Assembly: GCF_006345805.1 (NCBI RefSeq)
Contig: NW_021826743.1
Span: 1 to 12,092 of the forward strand
Source: Octopus sinensis
Lineage: Eukaryota
Reading direction: 5' to 3'
DNA: 12,092 nt
Shown here piece by piece: positions 1 through 7,789 of the stretch. Every line of letters starts with the position of its first letter. The first letter of the stretch is position 1. Under the pieces are notes generated by a model. The model was not told the DNA's origin, did not search any database, and was given only the letters and a program-made list of their open reading frames with translations. A program made the position numbers and the translations under genes.

Positions 1-319
1 CAAACAACACAATACCAAAAATTGTTTCTGTTTTTCTTGGTCCCTTAAGTGTAATGGAAAAGGGATGTCAAAAACAACTCGACAACATCCCAGGAGAACC
101 ATGTCTCAGGGAAATCCAAAAGATTGTGCTGACAAGTTCTGCCCACATTCTTAGAAAAACCCTACCAATTTAAATGCTTGTGTTGTTTTATATGGAGGTA
201 TTTCGCTATTTCCCTCGCCACTTGTCCCCCACCTCAAGTTTTCAGTTGTACTATAACACATCTCTTAACCAACCGTCACTTGCCCTAGAGTGTTGGGCGT
301 GATTGTAACAAACACGCAG

Positions 320-321
<2 letters not shown>
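1..321 (+). mobile_element. 3' end (ORF C-terminus + 3' UTR) of an R4/Dong-like non-LTR retrotransposon, cut by the window start
   Basis: Frame 3 (3-173) reads NNTIPKIVSVFLGPLSVMEKGCQKQLDNIPGEPCLREIQKIVLTSSAHILRKTLPI*. This matches the C-terminal signature I recall for restriction-like-endonuclease LINEs of the R4/Dong group (IPVVIGALG...IPG...EIQKIVLxSTAHILRKxL*). A ~148-nt 3' UTR runs directly into (TAA)17. Confidence 0.75.
3..173 (+). CDS. Partial C-terminal coding segment of an RLE-type LINE polyprotein (probably decayed)
   Basis: Open from the window edge to TAA at 171-173. The EIQKIVLTSSAHILRKTL motif is intact, but the upstream IGALG motif appears as FLGPLS. Confidence 0.6.
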   Translation, partial: NNTIPKIVSVFLGPLSVMEKGCQKQLDNIPGEPCLREIQKIVLTSSAHILRKTLPI

Positions 322-735
<414 letters not shown>

Positions 736-890
736 TTTCGGCACAAGGCCAGCAAATTCGGGAGGTGGGGAATTCGATTACATTACCCCCAGTGCTCAAT
801 CAACCTCGGCGGACTTTGAAATCAGAACGTAAAAACGGACGAAATTCCGCTAAACTATTTGTCCGGCATGCTAACGACTCTGCCGGCTCA
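736..890 (-). mobile_element. tRNA-derived SINE family A, copy A1 (internal ~40-nt deletion)
   Basis: CCTCGGCGGACTTTGAAATCAGAACGT...GCTAACGACTCTGCCGGCTC matches A4/A5. It lacks the segment seen at ~9580-9621 in A5. Its 3' tail runs into the TAA array. Confidence 0.85.
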
Positions 891-919
891 AAAACACCAA
901 TAACAACAAAGTAGCAATA

Positions 920-1222
920 ATGGCTTCTAATTTACAGACATGGTCCGATATTTTCGAAGAGTGGAGGCTAGTCTGAGGTCGATTCTTTCGACAAAAAATT
1001 CTTCAAGGTGGTGCCCCAGCATGGCCGTTGTCTCCTGGGCTGAAACAAGTAAAAGATAAAAGATAGCTTCCAGTATTTGACTGCTACTTTACTTTAATCG
1101 ATCCAGGAGGGATAAAAGACAAAGATGAACATGGGGTGCTTGAAATCGGAACGTTGAGAGTTTAAATAAATTGCCTTAAAGGAATATTTCAGACATTCTA
1201 ACTATTCTGCCAGCTCGACGTC
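920..1222 (-). mobile_element. SINE family A, old copy A2, interrupted by a family B fragment
   Basis: Degenerate tail (920-972), body (1070-1155: CCAGTATTTGACTGCTACTTTACTTTAATCGATCC...TGAAATCGGAACGT) and head (CTAACTATTCTGCCAGCTCG, ~1198-1219) are collinear with A5. Confidence 0.65.
973..1065 (+). mobile_element. SINE family B 3' fragment (B1) nested in A2
   Basis: GAGGTCGATTCTTTCGAC...AAGGTGGTGCCCCAGCATGGCCG...GCTGAAACAAGTAAAAGATAAAAGA matches the B3 tail at 6297-6383. Confidence 0.8.
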
Positions 1223-1242
1223 TTCAGTAACTTATGATTGAT

Positions 1243-1425
1243 TCACAAGGACAGCAATTTTGAGGATACGTTTTTAGTCGATGCCATCTACTGCGACACT
1301 TGACCGGTACTTTATTTTAGCAACCCCCAAAATGCAAAAGGCAACGTTGACTTGAAGTCACAATGCATAGAGCCGGAAAAAGATGCGATAAGGCATTTTG
1401 TTCGACGTTGTAACGTTTCTGCTAA
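1243..1425 (-). mobile_element. SINE family A, highly decayed copy A3
   Basis: CACAAGGACAGCAATTTTG...TAGTCGATGCCATC...CTTGACCGGTACTTTATTTTAGCAACCCC...AAGGCATTTTGTTCGACGTTGTAACGTTTCTGC is collinear with A4/A5. Confidence 0.65.
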
Positions 1426-1840
1426 ATACTCAAGATTAAATAATGCATATTTGAATGGAGAAATAGGGAAAATAATCCAAACATAAAGATTTGGGATGTG
1501 AGATTAACAGAATGTTGGGGTATGAAACCGTAGCATTTCTGTACAGTGTAAATATATAGTTCAGTACAAGAGAAAAAAACAACACCAAAAAAAAACTAAC
1601 AATAATTGGACATACGCAAGGCACACAAAGATGCATCCTATGTTTCAGTGAAAAAAAAAAACGCAATGAAAATATATACTAAATATAAATGCAATAAAAA
1701 TGAGATGACTGAAAAATAATAATATTTATTATAATATTAATAATAACCTAAGCCAGCAAATATTTATTACACAGGAATTCTGTGTCAGGAGTCTTATTGG
1801 TTATCTTTATTTCCTTTCTAGGAAACAACATTTTTACATC

Positions 1841-1945
1841 AATAACAACAATAACAGCATCAGTAGTAGCAAAGTTAATAATAATGATAATGGTAATAAT
1901 AATGATAATAATTATAACAAGAACAAAAACAACAACAATGATAAT
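1841..1945. repeat. Degenerate trinucleotide low-complexity tract (AAT/AAC/AGT/GAT)
   Basis: Visible triplet periodicity. Confidence 0.75.
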
Positions 1946-2038
1946 AGTGTTAAAAGATAGTAAATTTATATGAAATATATACTATATGCAAACATTAAAA
2001 ACATATATATATACGTACATGCGCGCGTGCGTTTTCGA

Positions 2039-2150
2039 GTATGTATGTATGTATGTATGTATGTATGTATGTATGTATGCATGCATGTATGTATGTATGT
2101 ATGTATGTATGTATGTATGTATGTATGTATGTATGTATGCATGTATGTAT
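2039..2150. repeat. (TATG)n tetranucleotide microsatellite
   Basis: Near-perfect repeat with a few TGCA interruptions. Confidence 0.98.
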
Positions 2151-2204
2151 TGTAGGAATCTTATTACTGTCCGTCTTCTAAATCTAATACTGTTATTAAC
2201 GGAA

Positions 2205-2245
2205 TTCTTCTTCTTCTTCTTCTTCTTCTTCTTCTTCTTCTTCTT

Positions 2246-2313
<68 letters not shown>

Positions 2314-2345
2314 CATCATTTTCATCATCGTCATCATCATCATCA

Positions 2346-2381
<36 letters not shown>

Positions 2382-2391
2382 TATCATCATC
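2205..2391. repeat. Compound (TTC)n-(ATT)n-(TCA/TCG)n microsatellite
   Basis: TTC 2205-2247, ATT 2249-2311, TCA-type 2312-2391. Confidence 0.98.
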
Positions 2392-2496
2392 GCCACCCCA
2401 CAATCATCATTACTTCACACATGTATTTAATACATGCATTCACATACAAATATATGTATATGTAGAAAGTACTAGATGTATCTGTTAGTATAGATA

Positions 2497-2667
2497 CATA
2501 CATACACACACACACACATATAATATACATATATTTATGTTTACATCTATGTATGACTATGTGTGTGTGTGTGTATATATGTATCATATATTTGTATTAT
2601 ATATATATTAATATATATATATATGCGTGGATATAATATATATAGTTGTACACACACACAGACACAG

Positions 2668-2699
<32 letters not shown>

Positions 2700-2721
2700 A
2701 TACACACACACACGCACACAA

Positions 2722-2759
<38 letters not shown>

Positions 2760-2944
2760 GCATACGCAAACGCTTACACATGCTCACATACAGACACGCA
2801 CACACTCTCCCATTCTTTTTTGTAGCTTACCCTCTTATTTTCATACTCACTACTTCTTCACTTCCCTTTTTTTTCATACTCCTTTCTATCGATCTACCCC
2901 TCTAACCCACCCTACTCAGCTTCACACACACACACACACACACA
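2497..2944. repeat. Patchwork of (CA)n, (TG)n and (TA)n dinucleotide repeats
   Basis: CA runs at ~2504-2518, 2648-2748 and 2922-2944; TG at ~2559-2574; TA at ~2590-2645. Confidence 0.95.
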
Positions 2945-3040
2945 AAAACTATAAACTAAACAATAAAGCAAAATATAAATGAAAGTGCCCCACCCCTCCA
3001 ATATACATGAAATTTAAAATGTAGCGAACAGCGAACTAAA

Positions 3041-3194
3041 CTAAAAGAAAACGGAAAAAAGTAAAAAACCCATATCCTGTCGGTTCCTTCTGTTTCTACA
3101 AAGCATATGGTTATGAAGGATCCGGCATGTCATTTGACTGTTTTTCGAAGAATTCCTCCATTTCCATCTGAAAGGAATTTCGACGACAAGGTCA
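3041..3194 (-). other. Candidate terminal exon of a speculative minus-strand transcript
   Basis: Non-repetitive, GC-balanced island with possible acceptors TTTGCAG|3194, CCTTTCAG|3167 and TTCTTCAAG|3232, followed by T-rich UTR-like sequence. No recognisable protein. Confidence 0.2.
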
Positions 3195-3240
3195 CTGCAA
3201 ATCTAATTTAACCTTAATCTCCATTATCGAATCTTGAAGA

Positions 3241-3264
3241 ATATATATATATATGTTTGGTATG

Positions 3265-3295
<31 letters not shown>

Positions 3296-3329
3296 CTATA
3301 TATTATATGTGTGTGTGTGTGTGTATGTA

Positions 3330-3400
<71 letters not shown>

Positions 3401-3401
3401 T

Positions 3402-3436
<35 letters not shown>

Positions 3437-3529
3437 ATATATATCTATATTTATATATTATATATATATATATATTTATGTATGTGGTATGTAGGTATGA
3501 TGTATTGCTTATGTAAAGGTATTATATAT

Positions 3530-3569
<40 letters not shown>

Positions 3570-3571
3570 CT

Positions 3572-3608
<37 letters not shown>

Positions 3609-3642
3609 CGATAGATAGATGTGAGTGTGTGTATCGTGTGTG

Positions 3643-3674
<32 letters not shown>

Positions 3675-3675
3675 C
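3241..3675. repeat. (TA)n/(TG)n dinucleotide array
   Basis: Interrupted TA runs with TG blocks at ~3307-3325 and 3645-3672. Confidence 0.97.
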
Positions 3676-4014
3676 CGTGCATCTAATATACACTCTAAGC
3701 ACACTTAGGTTGTAGGAAACTGTGCAGAAATCCGCCGTGAATGTATATGTGTATATAAACGTTTTAAATGTTGTTATAAATCCACAACAATGCAAGTTAT
3801 AAGATATAATAATACAAGTCGATGGTTTGTACTTTTACCTCATATTTCAATATTTCGGGGTTAGGACCTCAGGAAATGTTCGGAGATTATGATGGTCTTA
3901 GTTGACTTCTATAAAAGAAAAAAGAAGAAAAAAGAAAAAAAGTTTCTAAACACTTATCAGTACCAGACAATGGTGCCCCCACCGCACAAATACATATAAA
4001 TATGTCAATTACCT

Positions 4015-4200
4015 TTTCTTTGCTTCTGTTACTAAGGTGCAGCCATGGTTGGGGCGCCACTTTGAAGAATTTCTGTCGAACGAATTGACCTCGTTGCTTA
4101 GTTGTTTTTAAAAGCTCGGTCTCTATTCCATCGGTCTCTGTTGCTTGACCACTAAGTTACGGGGATGTAAACATACCAACGATGGTAGGAGACAAACACG
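4015..4200 (-). mobile_element. SINE family B, 3' half only (B2), followed by its internal (CA)n
   Basis: GCAGCCATGGTTGGGGCGCCACTTTGAAGAATTTCTGTCGAACGAATTGACC...CTATTCCATCGGTCTC...CACTAAGTTACGGGGATGTAAACATACCAAC is the reverse complement of the B3 3' half. Confidence 0.8.
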
Positions 4201-4207
4201 GACGTAA

Positions 4208-4238
<31 letters not shown>

Positions 4239-4438
4239 AACACACACACACACAGACGCGCACATACATAAGTGTGCGCACACACACATATATGACAAAG
4301 AATGCAGATAGAGAATGTCATATCTTTAATTGTTGAATTCACCATATAAAAGCAGACAATCTTTTCTGTTGTTTCAAAATAATTAGATACGGAAAATATC
4401 ATTCAAATTATATGTATAAAAGAACACAGATGGGATTT

Positions 4439-4529
4439 AAAATTTACGACAGCTGTTTCGATAAAATATTATTGATGTATTTATAGATTACACCATAGCG
4501 TGAAGTACAATATCTTCATATAAAACTTT
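4439..4529 (-). ncRNA. Decayed minimal hammerhead ribozyme motif (HHR2)
   Basis: Minus strand: AAAGTTTTAT-ATGAAGA...TATC-GAAA-CAGCTG-TC/GTAAATTTT. GAAA, the palindromic stem III, the GUC triplet and stem I are retained; the CUGANGA core is damaged. Confidence 0.5.
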
Positions 4530-4582
4530 ATAAACAGATGAGATAATACCTTGTAGATGCTTAAATTGGATTTGGTACTTAC

Positions 4583-4634
4583 ATATCTAGGGAACTCTAC
4601 CAGCACATGATACTTTCAAGCTTGTATCATGTCA
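4583..4634 (-). other. Candidate 52-nt exon
   Basis: TTTCACAG| acceptor and |GTAAGT donor; contains a 9-bp hairpin. All three frames contain a stop. Confidence 0.3.
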
Positions 4635-4704
4635 CTGTGAAATTTATGTTATTGTACCTAGCAATTTTTGGCGCCCTATATATAGATATACTTATATATA
4701 TAAA

Positions 4705-4770
4705 TATTTACACACACACACCACACACTCACACACACCACACACACCACACACACGCGCGCGCACACAA
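4705..4770. repeat. (CA)n/(CG)n alternating purine-pyrimidine tract
   Basis: Direct inspection. Confidence 0.9.
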
Positions 4771-5029
4771 GCAATGATTGCGATAAGCAAATTAGACACA
4801 TCAAATATATGTATATCAATTACATGAAGTACAAAATATGTATATAAGTATAGATGCAAAGCAAAAGGTAGAGACTTTCAGATGAATTTATATGCATAAA
4901 TATGTATATATTTATATGTATAAATAAATAATAAATTTTTTATATATATATATATATATATTATATGTAGAAAAGTACAAACTGGGACAAGAACGTAAAA
5001 TTTTTTGGCCTTATGTAAGTACATATTCC

Positions 5030-5095
5030 TATATATTTATATATATATAATATATATATAATATATATATATAGAGAGAGAGAGAGGAGAGAGAG

Positions 5096-5161
<66 letters not shown>
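5030..5161. repeat. (TA)n-(GA)n-(GATA)n compound microsatellite
   Basis: GA ~5072-5097, GATA ~5098-5161. Confidence 0.97.
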
Positions 5162-5168
5162 AACTTAC

Positions 5169-5197
5169 TTGGAAATGGATGCGTGGCGTTCGATCAT
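5169..5197 (-). other. Candidate first coding segment (ATG ATC GAA CGC CAC GCA TCC ATT TCC AA|GTAAGT; MIERHASIS)
   Basis: Small CpG-containing island between AT-rich repeats, with ATG at 5197 and consensus donor GTAAGT at 5168-5163. Confidence 0.3.
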
Positions 5198-5699
5198 ATA
5201 ATAATATAAATAATATATAATATAAATATATGTGTATATACATGCATATATGGGTACATGACATAAAAAAAAAAGCTTGAACACAATGAGAAGCGAAAAC
5301 AAAAAAAACAAAAACATGGAAACGCACTTATTTTTCAAACAACGAAAAAAAAAATCAGAGTACAAGGCATACAACACAAGGAATACTCCCCTTATTCAGT
5401 TGTCCCTGTTTCGTCTACTCCGCATTTTGAAGGTAAGGGCAAGACGCGACTTCGTTGAAGCAGTCCTTCCCGCAAAGCAAATCAAATAAGATTTGGGATT
5501 TTTTGCGGAGGGGTAAAAGTGGTAACAAGAACAGGACAGTAAGAACACAAAAAAGACAGCAAAAACAATAAAAGTAAAAACAGTAAAAGACAGAACAAAG
5601 AGAATAACACAGTAAAAACAAACGATCAGGGCTGTTAAGCCAAGACGATGGAAAAATTATTCTGAATGCATTAAGGGGACAGCTTATGAGAGAGACAGG

Positions 5700-5840
5700 A
5701 TTAGCGGTCTGGTCTTGGTGAAGATAGCAGTTGGAAAGTTGGCTTTCCTCTGATCACGTGTCAGTGACGAAAGAGTCGAGGAGGAGAAGGTGGAGGAGTA
5801 AGAGAGAGGGAACGGTGAAGGGGAGAGGAGAAGAGTTTTT
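5700..5840. promoter_or_regulatory. Candidate promoter-like unique segment (E-box CACGTG, TGACG half-site, GA-rich tract)
   Basis: CACGTG 5755-5760 overlaps GTCAGTGAC 5760-5768; purine-rich tract ~5770-5835. Short motifs only. Confidence 0.25.
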
Positions 5841-5969
5841 GTTTTTATGTTTTCGTTTCTCATTGTGTTCAATGTTTTTTTATGTCCTGTACCCATATAT
5901 GCATGTATATGTATATATAGATAGATGTAGGTATGTACATATATGTATGTATATATGCATACGTATATA

Positions 5970-6383
5970 GGCGCAGGAGTGGCTGTGTGGTAAGTAGCTT
6001 GCTAACCAACCACATGGTTCCGGGTTCAGTCCCACTGCGTGGCATCTTGGGCAAGTGTCTTCTGCTATAGCCCCGGGCCGACCGATGCCTTGTGAGTGGA
6101 TTTGGTAGACGGAAACTGAAAGAAGCCTGTCGTATATATGGATATATATATAAAGTGTGTGTGTATATGTTTTGTGGGTTTGTGTTTCCCCCTAGCATTG
6201 CTTGACACCGATGCTGGTGTGTTTACGTCCCCGTTACTTAGCGGTTTGGCAAAAGAGACCGATAGAATAAGTACTGGGCTCACAAAGAATAAGTCCGGGG
6301 GTCGAGTTGCTCGACTAAAGGCGGTGCTCCAGCATGGCCGCAGTCAAATGACTGAAACAAGTAAAAGAGTAAAGAGTAAAGAG
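5970..6383 (+). mobile_element. Full-length tRNA-derived SINE family B (B3) with internal microsatellite
   Basis: Box A TGGCTGTGTGG 5980-5990; box B GGTTCAGTCCC 6023-6033; TCTTGGGCAAGT body; internal TA/TG tract ~6133-6185; tail hairpin CAGTCA-AA-TGACTG 6341-6354; (GTAAAGA)n end. Confidence 0.93.
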
Positions 6384-6671
6384 AATATATTTATATATTA
6401 TTTATATTATATATATATATATATTTATACAAATAGATCCAACACACAGAGTATAAATGTCAGAGGAATTTGGTGGAATAAAGGAGTGAGATGAAAGCAT
6501 TACGAGTTCAACAGCTGTTTCTTGGGTGGGGGTCGGTGATCCAAAATAATGTTGATAGATTTAGTCGATCACAAAGTGTGGCCGTATAGACGGATTTAAC
6601 ATAGGATGAGACGAACTCCTTCATCAGGGTAGAGAAGATCTTAGATTTCAGGTCTTAACGCATGTTTCTAA

Positions 6672-6794
6672 GTAGGTAGGTATTTAGGTAGGTAGGTAGG
6701 TAAGTAGGTAGGTAGGTAGGTAGGTAGATAGGTAGGTAGGTAGATAGGTAGGTAGGTAGGTAGGTAGGTAGGTAGGTAAGGTAGGTAAGGTAAG
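6672..6794. repeat. (GGTA)n tetranucleotide microsatellite
   Basis: Direct inspection. Confidence 0.97.
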
Positions 6795-6799
6795 CAGGT

Positions 6800-6935
6800 T
6801 ACCGTCGTCCTGAATTAATCTTGAACTGGCTGAGTATTCCAGACACATGTACCCTTAACGTAACACCTAGGTAAAAATACATGTGACACACAGTATGTTG
6901 CCACGCTGTACTTTGTAACATAGAAGTACAATCCA
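6800..6935 (-). mobile_element. Old fragment related to SINE family D (3' body)
   Basis: TGGCTGAGTATTCCAGACACATGTACCCTTAACGTA...GTGACACACAG...AAGTACAA aligns with 8294-8396 (TGGCTGAGCATTCCACAGACACGTGTACCCTAACGTAG...GTGACACAGAG...AAGTACAA). Confidence 0.7.
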
Positions 6936-7062
6936 CTGATAGTCTTCTCGGCAGTCTCCGTTGAAACAATTTCTCACAGGAGATATGGGTGGAACCGAAG
7001 TTTTGGGAAATGGTAAATGCTCTAGACCACGTGGTTGCAAATCTCCTAAACATTTGTCCGCA

Positions 7063-7265
7063 TACAGGTGTGGCTGTGTGGTAAGAAGTTTGCTTTCCAA
7101 CCATAAGGTTCCGGGTTCAGTCACACTACGTGGCATTTTGGGCAAGTATCTTCGACTATATCCTCGGGCCCACCACGGTTTTGTGAGTGGATTTTGTAGA
7201 CAAGCTGAAAGAAGCCTGTTGTATATGTGTTTGTGTATATGTATGTGTGTGTATATGTGTGTATA
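7063..7265 (+). mobile_element. SINE family B, 5' half only (B4), ending in its internal microsatellite
   Basis: CAGGTGTGGCTGTGTGGTAAG...CCGGGTTCAGTCACACT...GGGCAAGTATCTT...CTGAAAGAAGCCTGTTGTATATG matches B3 5970-6140; no 3' half follows. Confidence 0.88.
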
Positions 7266-7542
7266 CTTTATTAAAAAGCAGCAAAAATATCCCAAAAACA
7301 GTTACTCAGTTTCACGTTTCCGCTCGTCGGACAGTTTTGTTTAGAATGGAGTAAGAATGTTTAGAATGAAGCAATTACTTTGATAGATACACGTTTGAAA
7401 GTGGTTTTGTTTCATTGGTCCTTTCAACTAATGGTCTTTTCAATAACCGGTTGCATGAAATAATGAACTGCGGTTTAAAATCATATTATTATAAAAATCG
7501 AAGGAAACCTTAAATCTATTAAATTATTACCATTTAAGATTT

Positions 7543-7641
7543 CATCACTATCCTGATGAGGTGGGTATTATGCTTCTGTACTTGAAATACTTAAAACGCC
7601 ATTTATACATACATTGTACCCCTGAAATGGCCGTAGATGAT
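7543..7641 (+). ncRNA. Minimal type I hammerhead ribozyme motif (HHR1), Penelope-like-element type
   Basis: CTGATGA 7553-7559; stem II GG(T)GGGTATTATG / CATTGTACCCCT; GAAA 7624-7627; 2-bp stem III with palindromic GGCC loop; GUA triplet 7633-7635; stem I ATC(7550-7552)/GAT(7636-7638) extendable past a bulge. Confidence 0.8.
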
Positions 7642-7789
7642 ATCCTTTACCCGAATTCCCCCGAATCTGTATATATTTATTTTATCTACCTATTTATCTA
7701 CCTATCTTACCCCTGAATTTTAAAATTTTGAACTCTCATCCGACATTTCGTATAAACATCAAATTCTTAATCGATTCGAACAGTTTCTA

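Noticed and set aside
1970-3795. Many 60-159 aa ORFs rich in YVCM, HT, CV, YI
   Set aside because: Translations of (TATG)n, (CA)n, (TG)n and (TA)n repeats.
4583-4634. SECIS-like or C/D-box-like reading of ATGA motifs in the hairpin
   Set aside because: No non-Watson-Crick GA quartet or apical AA geometry, and no convincing C/D box pair.
5869-6494. ORFs over SINE B3 and similar peptides at 6867-7344, 10549-10978 and 11811-12056
   Set aside because: The recurring peptides (LPKMPRSGTEPGT, GFFQFPSTKSTHKA) reflect SINE copy identity, not a protein family.
6672-6794. (GGTA)n as a functional G-quadruplex or telomeric repeat
   Set aside because: Only GG runs, and not TTAGGG; an ordinary tetranucleotide microsatellite.
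7270-7540. Penelope GIY-YIG or RT coding remnant upstream of HHR1
   Set aside because: The frames I translated were interrupted by stops and showed no recognisable motif.
7619-7720. Short direct repeats (ACCCCTGAA x2, TTTATCTACCTA x2) as a second hammerhead or a CRISPR-like array
   Set aside because: No second CUGAUGA core, the repeats are too short and irregular, and the context is eukaryotic.
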